Source: a virus. From it: a stretch of 64,000 bases of DNA. The stretch is taken from IMG/VR virus record IMGVR_UViG_3300032242_001694. One strand, 5' to 3'. A program made the position numbers and the translations under genes. Below the pieces are notes generated by a model, which was given only the letters and a program-made list of their open reading frames with translations, searched no databases and was not told the DNA's origin. Below, piece by piece: positions 8,653-20,221 of the stretch (positions are counted from its first letter, which is position 1; the number at the start of each line of letters is the position of its first letter).

Positions 8653-9612
8653 TCAAGCTGCCTCAGCCATCTCGATAGCTGTCTCGAGAGCCTTGGACTT
8701 GAGGTTACGGTTGCCGCCGTACCAAGAAGAAGTCAGGCGGTTGTCGGCGTTGCGCCCCATGACGTGGTCTGTCATGTAGGTCACTGCGTTGAAAGCCTGC
8801 CACCAAGAGCCTGGAGCGAACTCAGTGCCGGGTTGGTTCATGAGAACGTCAACCGCGGTCAGTGCGTTGCGAGAGACTTCTTTCTTCTTGTTCTCGTGGC
8901 TGCCAGAGACTGGGAAGATGCGCTTGAAGTAGTCAACCACACTCTCGTCAGTGTAGCGCTTGGAGCCCAAGAAAGCAGCCGCCTCCTTGTACTGAGCCAG
9001 GCGATCGTGAGCCACGCCGAGGACAGACTTGACCTCGTCGCCGTTGAAGGCTTTACGGTGAGAGATCTTCACCATGTTCTGAACTTTCTCGCTCAGCGCA
9101 GCCGTCACCGTGTTGTTGCACACCGCGCGAACTGAGGTGAAGCGTACGTCGGTGGAGAAGCCGTACTTGTGGAAGTTAGTGAAGAGCAGGTAGCCGTCGA
9201 CGCGATCACCGCCAAAGAGCTCGAAGGTGTCGTTGACCTTGGCCAAGCCCCAGACGATCTGACCGTCGCGGAGCGAGCCGGCTGTCTCCATGGACATGTC
9301 GCCTGCACCGATGAAGTCGTTAAAGAACTCGAATGCATCGGAGTTCTGGATTGGATTCCAGTCGTCGGAGACCACGTCGAGCATCGAGCTGTCACTTGAG
9401 CGAACCAGCGCAGACCGACCAACCGGTACCTGCACGCCGTTGATCTCAGCAAAAGCCGGAACCTTGCTGACAGACCAGTTGAGACCAGCAGCCTCAAGCA
9501 TCTGGTCAGGCGTCAAGTCAGCCGGAACCAGTGTACCCAGACCATGCCACGGCACCTCGCCGGTGTACGCCATCTGAGCCTTACCATTAACCATTTCAAT
9601 CATATGAGCCAT
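8653..9612 (-). CDS. DUF932 / TIGR03299-family protein
   Basis: MAH.IE...PWHGLG, ETAGSL..G, RAVCNNT motifs. Confidence 0.85.
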   Translation of the reverse strand: MAHMIEMVNGKAQMAYTGEVPWHGLGTLVPADLTPDQMLEAAGLNWSVSKVPAFAEINGVQVPVGRSALVRSSDSSMLDVVSDDWNPIQNSDAFEFFNDFIGAGDMSMETAGSLRDGQIVWGLAKVNDTFELFGGDRVDGYLLFTNFHKYGFSTDVRFTSVRAVCNNTVTAALSEKVQNMVKISHRKAFNGDEVKSVLGVAHDRLAQYKEAAAFLGSKRYTDESVVDYFKRIFPVSGSHENKKKEVSRNALTAVDVLMNQPGTEFAPGSWWQAFNAVTYMTDHVMGRNADNRLTSSWYGGNRNLKSKALETAIEMAEAA

Positions 9613-9686
9613 GTTTTTTCCCTTTCATCAACTCAGCTTATATTCTTATAATAACCAATATGGGAATAAATGTCAACTACTTTTTT

Positions 9687-10054
9687 TCACAGAGACCATC
9701 TAGTCTTTACGGGGCTCTCGTAGCCGACGATGTGATCATCCATCTCGTTGTACTCACGCATCTTGCGGTACAGGTTGATCACGTTAACGAAGTACGCCTT
9801 GGGATTAGACCAGCGGCGATCCATTAGGATGTACTCGTCGCGCTGAGCCTTGTACCGCTCGATCTCACCCGCCACTGCCAGAGAAGCAGCCTTCATGCAC
9901 TGCTTGCCAGACCAGTGGGGATTAATAAGGTGGTAGTACGCGGCTATCTCGTCGTGCACCATCATAGCCATCCGAGCGTTATCTGCCGGTGCCTCGTGTA
10001 CCTCGAGTACCACGTGTTTCCTTGCTTTCTTTACATCAATTGCCACTGCAGTCA
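9687..10054 (-). CDS. Hypothetical early protein
   Basis: Start moved to MTAVA because the track's start overlaps the promoter -10. Confidence 0.6.
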
Positions 10055-10113
10055 TCCTGTTACCGTTGATATATCTATTATACATAGAATCTAGATAATG
10101 TCAACAACATTGT

Positions 10114-10188
10114 TTAGTGTAAAAGAAAAAGGACTGCGACCAGCACAACAGCCAGCAACAGTCCTTGAATGATCTCTTTAATGTCCAT
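10114..10188 (-). CDS. 24-aa membrane peptide
   Basis: MDIKEIIQGLLLAVVLVAVLFLLH; RBS GGAGG. Confidence 0.55.
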   Translation of the reverse strand: MDIKEIIQGLLLAVVLVAVLFLLH

Positions 10189-10218
10189 GATAGCCTCCCT
10201 TGTTTAGGCTATTTAGGA

Positions 10219-10377
10219 CTATGGTAAGATAGTGGCTATGAGCATCCCGGCAGCTGCAAACAGCAGCGACATGGTGAATATCTTCGGACCATCTGGTCCA
10301 AAGAAGTAGTAGAGTCCACCGAAGATCGGTATGATTAGTAGCCCCACCAATCCGCCGACTAATAATCTAGTCTTCAC
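10219..10377 (-). CDS. Small two-TM membrane protein
   Basis: GTG start overlapping the upstream TGA; VKTRLLVGGLVGLLIIPIFGGLYYFFG... Confidence 0.5.
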   Translation of the reverse strand: MKTRLLVGGLVGLLIIPIFGGLYYFFGPDGPKIFTMSLLFAAAGMLIATILP

Positions 10378-10796
10378 TGCGTATCCTTCACAATCTGCTT
10401 ATAGCCGGCTCCTGTAGGATGGATGCCGTCTGAACTGAGTCCCTTGATCTCTACCACGGTGTCACCCTTGGTCTTGGCGATCTTTCTAATCATCTCTCGG
10501 ATGGTCTCGATGTCGACGTTGCTGGCCTTGAGGTTACCAGCGGGAAGGATCCAGTACACCTTGGCGTCGTCGTGGATGCGACCTCGAACCTTGAGCAGCT
10601 CTTGGTTGGTCTTGACATACTGGTGGTCGTTGCTGCCTAGAGATATAATAACTTTCTTGGCATTGAGCAGGTCGGTGTTATACATAGTGTTGAACTGCCA
10701 AGTATTGATACCGCCTTTGCCAACCAATACACACTCAGGCCGAGAGTTGTGTGTTCCAACGGCGATGCTGTCGCCGATAATCATGCAATCAATCAT
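10374..10796 (-). CDS. SGNH/GDSL-like hydrolase
   Basis: GDS, G.ND and DGIHP blocks. Confidence 0.75.
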   Translation of the reverse strand: MIDCMIIGDSIAVGTHNSRPECVLVGKGGINTWQFNTMYNTDLLNAKKVIISLGSNDHQYVKTNQELLKVRGRIHDDAKVYWILPAGNLKASNVDIETIREMIRKIAKTKGDTVVEIKGLSSDGIHPTGAGYKQIVKDTQ

Positions 10797-12337
10797 CTTC
10801 ACTCGTCTTATTGCTGTTGAGGTCAAAGTCATTGCTTATATGCATGCCACCTGCCAAGTAGAGCGGTACGTAGGCCTCAGGACCAAATCCTAGGCGGTCG
10901 TATATAAGGTAGCGAAACGTGCCACCCTCTCGTCCGTGGTCGACTATCTTCCTAATCACAAATGCAGCCGCAGCCAGCCTAGACTCGAGATCGAGGCTGT
11001 TCCAGATCTCTTCGTCGCGAATCGCGTCTTCGTCACCCTCAGTAGTCATCTACGCTTCCTATCTCACCTAAGTCTACTACTCGAACCAGCCTGTCATTAA
11101 TGAAGTAGCTCAGAGTCTTGGCCTGCTCTGCTGAGAGCATGATAGACTCGTCTTCTGTCTCAATGAACACCTTATCCCCGATGATATTCACCGTGGCCGC
11201 AGGCACGAACTGGTCGGCTGACTTAAGCGTGATAAAGTTAAAATCGTAGTCGTCGTGTGCTTTCTTTTTCATTCCGCGTTAATCCATGATCTTTCCATGA
11301 GACGATGATTGTCGTCCAGCTTCTTTTCCATAGCCTCGTCGCTGAGTTCCTCGTACCAGTCGACCACCTGCTTGGCCAGCATAATGTACCCGGTTGGTGA
11401 AGCCATACGGTAGCCGCAAATCTCGTGAATAGCCTTTTTGTAGATCTGCAGACGCCTGTTTTCTCGCTTCAGCTGTTCAGTCTCTTCTGCTGCATCACCG
11501 ACATGCTTTAGAGCAATGTCAACCATCCTATCAAAGCTACTCATCGTACCAGTCTCCCACCTGCTCGTACACTTTGTCTATCACGTCGTGAATAGTTTTA
11601 CATGCTTCATGGAACTTATTATAGTCTTCCTCTGAGATCTCCACGACCTTTGGCTTGTAATCTCTGCCGTAGCTGCAGTCTTCCCAGTTGGTGTCTTTGA
11701 CTAGATCCCACGGAATTAGGTTGGTGCAGGATCCGATGCCGGGTGGAACATGATCATCGCCACCCATTGCGTTGTATTCGTCTACGTACACTTTCATCTT
11801 ACGAACCCCAATAGTGTCTAGTCATCACTCTTTATCCTCTGGTCCATAGATACATTCTTCTGTAGCTTTACCTTGGTATTAGGCCAAGTCCAGCACTCAC
11901 CGGTGTCGTCGGTAAAGCAGACCCACAGCAGGTGGTGCTCCTGACCGTAGTCGATCAGGAAGTGGGCCTTAGCCGGTCCCTTCGGCGTGTCCAATGGGAT
12001 TGTTGGGTTTAGTTGGATAATCAATTGCTCTCCAATCCGTGCTTTCTGGCATCAACTCGACCATACCCGGTGCCTGCTCACTCAGCGAGTTATAGATGTC
12101 AAACGACGTGGCGTTGAACCCATACATCTCGGGGCGGCACCAGTACTCCGAGCCGGAATGGCCGTGGAACACGAGATGCTTCTCGTCCCGCCAGTCGACC
12201 CTCTCTTCCACTCGAATGATCCCACTATTTAGCCGCCACGAGCTGCCATCGCGATACCCGCCCGTCCAGCCGCCGAGCACCTTGTATCCCAATGGCAGCT
12301 TGAGCACGACCCATCGATCTGGACTGTAGTAGCTCAC
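10789..12337 (-). CDS. Run of six small hypothetical genes (10789-11049, 11039-11272, 11269-11544, 11537-11797, 11818-12024, 11969-12337)
   Basis: Tightly packed or overlapping start/stop codons on the coding strand. Confidence 0.6.
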
Positions 12338-14691
12338 TGTATCCCCATCTCTTCGCATTCCAACGGAAATTTTTCTAATGCCTCCGCTACAATCAATCGC
12401 AAGCGCTCGCGGAAACCTGGGATCTCCAGAATCTCCGCGATGCATACCATTTCTTCCACGTAGTCGCTAAACTTCCAATCACTGCGTTTCATGATGCTCT
12501 CCTATAATCAGATAGTACCACTAATCGCCAATTATGTCAACTAGACAGCTGGATCAGCGTTGTCCACTTTCGTGGGATCAATGATAGTGGTGTCGGTAAA
12601 GGTGGTGCCGAAGTCCTTGGTGTCCAGCTCGGCGCGCTCCTCGGGTGTGAAGTCGCCTGCCTCGCAGTAGTAACCCAACGCACCGCACTCCGCACAGGGC
12701 TTCCGCTTTACCTTGCCGGTACCCTTGCATGGCTCGCAGGAGATGGTGGTCTTGTTGACGCGACCAAACGCGTCCATATAGAATTCTGTCATGTCATGTC
12801 CTCCTATTGACCTACTACTTATCAGAGTTCTCTAAGCGTCCCAAAGTTGCGGGTACAGCCCGGAGTAGACTGCTGGCGAAGCCTCTCCGTGAGTACCTCA
12901 TGCGCCTTCTTGGGGCTGTCGAAGTAGCCCTTCTCGGTGAGCTCCTCCACCACGACTTCCTTGGTCTGTACGACCTTCATGGTCATGGAGTAGTACCTAC
13001 CCTTGAAGACGTTCTTCTTGAGTGCGTTGATGAGTGGGCCGTTCCATAGACCCTCCATGTGCGCCCTGTTCATCTCAGGTCGAAATCCTTCTTGATGGCC
13101 TTCTCGATGTCCTCACAGACAGCGACCATCCAGCGCTTGCCCTCGCCTACAGTCAGGGGGTCGTTCTTGATCTTGGTGACAATCCCGAGGCATGAGCGAG
13201 CAGTCTGCTTCTCGACGAGTGGCTGGTTGTCGAAGAGCCACCTAATATCAGCATACGCTGCCTCCATCTGTCCGGCTCGCTCCATCCAGAACTCTTTGTC
13301 TTTCTTAAGCTCTTCGATCTCACGCTGCTTGTTGAAGATCAGCTTGTCCGTGATCTGGCATCTGTCGAAGAGGCCATGGCCGCTCTCTAGGGCAGAGAGC
13401 CTATCGTCGATCGATCGAGTACGCTGGACAAAGTACTGCATCAGGTGGTCGATCCGCTTGTTTGGATCCACGCCGATACCCACCCCACCGCCGATGGGAG
13501 TAGCCCCCATGCCAGCGCCGCTTCCATAGAAACCATCCTTATTCATGTCAATACCCCCTAGTTAGTAACTTGTATATAGTAAACGCTAAAATAGCCATGA
13601 TGGCAACCCCGGCTGCGTCGCCGGAAACGTCGTGGATAGCCTTCGTCAGGTTAGGCCCGATCTCAAGCATTCTATTGCGCCTCCCTGTACATCTCGTCTA
13701 CCCACTTATCTAGCTCCGCCACCTGCTGGTCGTACTCGTCCTCTGCTATAAGGGCGTTCATGAGCTCGTGGTCCAGCTTGTCCATGGTCCGCTCGTAGAT
13801 CTTTTCAATCTCGTTCTCAGTCATCACTTCTCATCCTTACTCAGCTTCACCAAGGGCTCAAAGAAGGTGCCGACCAGCATGTAGATCAACACCGCCTGAC
13901 CGTAGCCCACCGTATGGACGCCGTCTACCGCCCCCACCAGACCGTCGTTCCAGAACCACATGATCAACACCGCGTTGATCAGAGTCGTCACTATCTGAAC
14001 AACCATCTGACCGATAACTTCAATCACTTTTTCACTCATTTGCGGTAACCTTTTCTCACTAGTGTCAGCTCCTCAGTGGGGCGACTTTCATACACATACA
14101 CGACATTAGGCGACTGGCCACGACTGACTCGGATGGCCTTGATCTCGTTCTCGAGGGCTTCGATCCGACTGTTGGCCTCTCTACGGATGGCCCATATCTC
14201 AGCGGTGATCTCTCTGATGCCTCTCATGGCTCACTCCGGGGTTACGTCAAATGTGAAGGTGGATACGTCCGTGGCCAAGATGCCGTAGTCGTAGGCGTCG
14301 TGGCGGTGCTGGAACCACCGGTCGTTGGACACCTCAAGGCACCAGCAGCCACCGAATTCAGCCACCATGTCCTTGGTGAAGTCCTCAATGGCGCCGATCT
14401 CTTCTTCTTCGAGACCATCCATCTCGCCATAGTTCAAGGCAGTGGCCCAGTGGGTAGGCAGTACATAGGTCTTGGTAATCATACGCGGAACCCCTCAAAG
14501 TAGCGGACGTCTGACTCGGTGGTGTAGGGATCCTCAGAGCAGATCCGAGCCACAATGGCGTCCTGATAGGCATCGATCTTGACGGAGAGCATATCCGCCA
14601 TCGAGTACTCACCGTGACCCATCAGGGAGGCGTAGTTGGCTTCCAGCCACTCGAGGCCCTTGCGCATTTCAACCAAAGTCAGCTTTTCCAT
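12334..14691 (-). CDS. Run of small hypothetical early genes (12334-12492, 12541-12792 with CxxC motifs, 12822-13073, 13070-13546, 13824-14039 membrane, 14036-14227, 14231-14482, 14479-14691)
   Basis: ATGA overlaps and RBSs; lies downstream of the early promoters. Confidence 0.6.
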
Positions 14692-14775
14692 AGCAATCTC
14701 CATTCCTTGACTATAATAAGATTCTATCATAGAAACGGAATTATGTCAACCCACTTTGTACAAAAAAGACGGCTA

Positions 14776-17700
14776 TTAAACCGTCTTGTAGTGCCTCTGC
14801 CACTGACTCGTAGGAACCCCATAGCCGGTACCAGCCATGTAGCTGTTCCACATGATCCGCATGACCTCTCTGGCCGTCCTAGCCTTGCTGATGTCGTACT
14901 TGAGGCGGTTCAGCCTAGTGGGCTTGGTGGCAGGATCCAGCATGGCCACCGCCCTAGAGCGCGCCTCCTCTAGTGGAAACGTCTCTAGGGCATTCAATTC
15001 CGCTACATCCATCTGTTTCATCTTGCAGTCACCAGAGAGGGCGACACGCGGTACCTGCCCAGAGCGGTCTTGACGTCGATGGACTTGACGTTGATCTTCT
15101 CGATGGTACCTATCACGCTGCCGCGAACCTTGGTCTGGATGATCACGCTCTGGCCGGTACGGAACTGCATGCCGGCGAGGCACTGGACCGTGTTATGGCG
15201 AGCCTTGATGATCTGCCCGACCGCGTTCAACTCGGCCACCGTATCGAGGGTGTCGATGAGTTTCTGGATCTGCTTCAATGTAGAGATAGCCATGGTGTTT
15301 TCCTCTGTTCCGATCATATTAAGATTCTATCATAGAAACAGAATAATGTCAACCCCAGTCCTTGAAGTTGCCGGCATCTTGGTTCTCTTTGTAGCCGTCC
15401 ATGTACTCGTCGTAGCCCTCCTCGCCCTCCTTTAGGGGGATGTAGAAGCCGTGTCCGGTACCATTTGGCCACCAGTGGGGATCTATAGGGCGACCGTAGT
15501 AGCTGTCTGCAGAACCCCTGTCGTAGGGCCCACCGTGGCGGGAACGGTCCTTCAGGTCAATCTCATCATCAAAGTCAGTCATTACGCTACATCCTTCTTG
15601 TACTGCTGCATCCGCTCGTCTTCGATGACGTACCAGCCCTTGCTCCGGGCCTTACGGTTGGCTGCGATGATCTTCTTGTTGGCCTCTACCATCTGTCTGC
15701 CGAGGTAGTCCAGCATGTCGCGGGTGACGGAGCCGGCGTCTGTCTTGACGGCCACCAGCTCGAGGGCGCGGAGTGCCATCATGTCCTTGGTGGCAGCTTC
15801 CTTCTTCTGGAAGTGGACGGCTGCCTCGAAGGACTCGACCCAGACGGTCTTACCATAGTACTGGGTGGTGGTCCAGCCGGCGAAGTGATTCATTGTGGTT
15901 GACATTTATTCTCTCCTTGTTTATATTATAACTATACGACATGCAGGGAATTATGTCAACCACTTTGAGTGAAATAAACCAAAAATTATGCGGCTTCTTG
16001 GTTTAATTTTGCGGTGACAGCCTTCATCGTGGCCAGGTTCTTGGCCTTGATCTCGGCAGCGCGCATGATCTGAGCTGCACTCTGGGGCTTCGACACCTTG
16101 GCGATTGCCTTGTTGACGCTGTCCCGAGCCTTCTGGATGGGATCCTTAGGGGCCTTAGGGGCTTTAGTAGAACCCTTCGGGGGCTTGCCGGTGGTGGCTG
16201 GAACAGCGCCTTCAACGATCTTGATGACGTTGATGAATTCAGCCATGACCTCCGCGGTGATGACGGTGGAGGCCAGAGGGATCGCGAAGATGGACCAGCC
16301 CTTGGCCCGCTTGATCAGGGTGTAGCGGAGGTTAACCTCTGCGGTGATGGCTTCGAGGTGCTTGGAGCCCGAGCCGACAATGAAGGTGCCGGACTTGACG
16401 TTGAGCTCTACCTTGCCGGTACCCTTGGTGGAGGGCTTGACGTAGAAGATGTTGTCGGAGTAGGGCTGTGGGAGGTAGCCGGCTTCAGTGACGGCGGCGG
16501 AGAAGGTGGCGAAGGTGGGGGCGAATTTCATGGTAGTCTCCTTGTTTCAATTCCTATTATAACTATACCCTGTTCGGGGAATAATGTCAACCGTATATTT
16601 TGCCAATTTCATAGGCAGTGATACGGTAGAAGATGCCGGCATCCAGATCGTCTTCAGTCAGGCGACCTTCCAACACGTTACGGGCCATCTCGGCGAGGCC
16701 CTCAGCCTCAAAGATACCCACGATAGAGTGGAAGTTTGCGGTCTGGTCGACCATCTCCACCACGTACACGTTCTTGAATCCGTCAGTCATTAGAGTACTC
16801 CGTCAGCCTTGAGGCAGATGAAACCGGCCAGCAGCATGACTGGGCCGAGGGCGATGAGGGCGAATAGGGTGTCTGGGTGCATCGATCAATCTCCGTTAGT
16901 TCCTATTATAACTATACCCCGTCCATGGATTAATGTCAACCTTTTTTTCCACGTTTTGTGAAATTATTTTCGGAACAATTCCACCCACTGGCCTGCGGGG
17001 CTGGCCTCCGACGACCTCCACGTGGAAGTCAGAACCCAGCTGGTCGGCAATCGACCGACACGCTGCCCAAGCCCTATCGTCAGATGGGAACTTGAGCTCC
17101 TGGACTATCTTGGCAGTCCTAGCCTTGAGCTGTACCACTACGACCTTGACACTCATATCTGGTAGGACTCCACGTCGCTGTCGCCACAGTACTCCATAAG
17201 GAAGTTCTCGGCCAGCACGTAGTGGTCGAACTGGATGAAGAGGGTAGGATTACCAGCAAAGCCATTGGCGATAAAGGACTCGATCCGGCCGTCGTGCTTC
17301 TGGACCATGGTCAGCACCTCGCCTATCTGGGTGTCGTAGGCCACGTCGATCTCGATGATGATCTTTTCAATGTCAGTCATTTAGAATTCCTTTCCTATTT
17401 CCTATTATAACTATACGACGTTCCCCGATTAATGTCAACAAAAAAAGAGGCCGGGAGCAAAATTAATTGCATCACCGGCCTCCAGGAGCGGCTAGGGAAA
17501 ATGACCTAAACCTAGCCGAGGAGCTTAAAGAGACTTGGTCCAGTCACGGTAATACTCATGCACGTACACGTCTACATGCTGGGCATGCTCTGGCCGGATA
17601 GTCAAGCTGGAGTATCTCCACAGCTTTCCACCACGGCGATACAGTGGAGCGTTAGGGTTGTCCTTGCCGAGCCGGCCCTTGAGAGCCACCCGAAGACGAG

Positions 17701-18483
17701 GCTGAGCCTTACCGGTCTCGAGTTCCTTGACGCGGAGCTTGGCGTTCGCGATCTTGACGTCAGCCCTGAGAGCCTCGAGCAGCTTGTTGTCTGTCACCTG
17801 AGGAACCGTAAAGCGATAAGCCGAGGTGCGAGTGCGATTGGTCATTTAGTATCTCCTGTTTTCATCCTATAGACTAATTATACCGACATTTTGAATTAAT
17901 GTCAACAATTATTTTTAGCAGTACTGGAGCTCCACCATGTCAGCCAGCAGGGCCAGAGCCTCATCGAGAGTCCGATCCTCGGCTCTGAGGTAGTGAGCCC
18001 CGTTGACGTCCAGCATGGCGATGTTCGAGCCATAGTACTGGTCGACCAGCCGAGCCGTGTACTGGCCTGTGGTAGAGCTGAACTCGATGGTCAGGCGTAC
18101 GTCTTTTTCTTCCTTAGCCTGTGCCTCGATGAAGGCTTCGATCTTGTTGAAGATGGTCATTTTCTGTTCTCCGTTTCAATTCCTATTATTAATATATCCC
18201 ATATAGGAAATAATGTCAACAATTAATTTGATAAATTTTCGATAATTTCAGATAAAATTTGTTGTGGGTCGATATTTCCGTCGCAGTAAAAAGCCCCAGC
18301 GTTTTGGTATTGGCCAGAGATTTCGACAAGTGTATATGAAGTAGTGTGCCAGACGTTTACAGTATCCCCGTCGAGCTCGGCAGGTAAGGGGAGCGAATAC
18401 GTGGGCTGAGTAGTAGTATAGGCAGTAACCAGCTCGGATGGGTTGGCGGATACTGGGAATTCGAATTCCACGAAATTTGTCAT
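14776..18483 (-). CDS. Small early genes, most with their own promoter (14776-15021, 15018-15293, 15349-15582, 15582-15905, 15986-16531, 16587-16790, 16896-17156, 17153-17380, 17525-17845, 17915-18160, 18223-18483)
   Basis: Promoter-RBS-ORF cassettes; no recognisable domains. Confidence 0.65.
17440..17482 (-). terminator. Rho-independent terminator
   Basis: GAGGCCGG...CCGGCCTC followed by a T-run. Confidence 0.8.
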
Positions 18484-18746
18484 TTGGTTTTCCTTTGTTT
18501 TCAGATTATATTATTAATATAATCCATAAAGGAAATAATGTCAACAAAAAAACACGGAAACTAAAAATAATTTCTGACAGAAAGTCGTTGACATAATTGA
18601 AAAAGTGGTGTTTAATGGATAATTGAGTCGAGTCGGACGGAATTTGAAATGGGTTTTCGGAAATTGAAATGCGGAAACACAGTCGGACTTTGATTAAATT
18701 TAATGGCATTTTAATCGAATATAAATAACTGCTTTTTATTCGGCAG

Positions 18747-19757
18747 TTATCGGTAAGATTTACTAATAGCTCGGTGAGTATTGGTAAGACTTACCTCTGT
18801 ATTACTGGCATTGGTGTTGTCTCTATCTATTAGAGTCGTTGTACCGGTATCTGGCGATACTGTCTCGGGAAATACTGATAGTGGTGGGTACTCAGTTATA
18901 ACAGTATTGGACTCTTCTATAGTCTCTAGTCTATTGAGTATCTGGTCAATCTTCTTGGCCAGCTCTTTAATATCTAGTCGTATGTTGTGGAGATCTTTAG
19001 GTGTCATATCGCAGGTCTCAATTTCCAGGTCTATGCATTCTGGTAGGTCTAGCTTTTTAGGTCGCCCCGATCTGGTAGGTCTCAATTTCCAGGTCTCAAT
19101 ATTCTGGTCGGGTTATCCACCAATCTTATAGTCGTCCCAGCTGGTGTGGTAGCTTCCGGTGTATGATGGCTCGAATCTATTGGAGTCTACACTTGGATAT
19201 TTCAGCGCGTCGCGGTAAGCTTGGGCAGTGAGCGTGATGCTCTTCTCTTTTTCCAGGTCTTGTCTAAGCTCTGCGCACTCGGCTTGCAGGTCTTGTATGA
19301 CCAGGTCGCTCTCCCTGAGCTCTTCTCTCAGGTCTATGATCTGAGTCTCGTAGTGTAGGGAGTCGAGCGTGTTGTCGATCAGCATCTCGTTCTGCTTCTG
19401 GAGCTTCTCGTTCTGGTTGGTCAGCATGTCCTTGATCTTGCGGATGTGGTCGAGTTCCCTACACTTCTCGTGATACGCATTGAGTAGGTCTTTAAGTGAG
19501 AATGTAGTCGCGTCTTTCATGGTATAGTTCTCCTGTTAGGAAGCTGATGCCAGGTCTTCAGTCTTCATGTACTTGATCGTGTACCAGACGTCTCCTTCTG
19601 GTGGAGTCTCTAGCCCTACTACCGTGTGTCCCTGCTTGTCTTGGATGAAGTTGATCATGACTCTGGCCCCACCCTCGCTCATGCATCGAGCCTCGTACAC
19701 TCTCGGCTCCTCGGGAATCGCTACTGCTGGTGTCTTGGTCTTAGTCTTCTTAGCCAT
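18747..19757 (-). CDS. Three hypothetical genes (18747-19085 with uncertain start, 19113-19520 coiled-coil, 19536-19757)
   Basis: ORF track; AGGAG RBS before 19520. Confidence 0.5.
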
Positions 19758-19761
19758 TTTA

Positions 19762-20190
19762 CTACCTTCTGGTATTTCTAGGTACTCTATTTAGCCATTC
19801 TTCTACCAGTACTCTCTCGAGCTCGTAAGCCTCTGACTCCCACGGGCGGTCTACGTACTTAGTATTAGAAGAATAGATCTTCCCGTCGTAGCGGTGCTTG
19901 CCATCCTGGTACAGCTTGAGCTTGCCGGTGGCGTACTGCCACACGTGCACCATCTCATGCGCCAAAGTGGTCAGCAGGGCTAGCTCGTCGAGTGTCTTCT
20001 CGAGCTGGATGGTGAACTCACGGGGTCGGTGGTCGTCGTCTTCCACGAAGCACCAGCCGTCGGCTCCTATGTCTCGCTTGACCTCTACGTCGATATACGT
20101 GTTCATGGCCAGGCGATACTGTTTCTGGAACAGGAAATCCCTGAAGAAGTTCATCGCCTGGTTGATCTGTGCCTTATTGACTCTGTTCAT
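19762..20190 (-). CDS. Zn metallopeptidase-like (SprT-like HExxH) protein
   Basis: TLAHEMVHVWQY ... PWESEA. Confidence 0.75.
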   Translation of the reverse strand: MNRVNKAQINQAMNFFRDFLFQKQYRLAMNTYIDVEVKRDIGADGWCFVEDDDHRPREFTIQLEKTLDELALLTTLAHEMVHVWQYATGKLKLYQDGKHRYDGKIYSSNTKYVDRPWESEAYELERVLVEEWLNRVPRNTRR

Positions 20191-20221
20191 TATCAGATTA
20201 TATCACGGCTGGATAATAATG

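Noticed and set aside
18506-18709. 67-aa minus-strand ORF
   Set aside because: Runs through promoter elements in an AT-rich region with no RBS; likely spurious.
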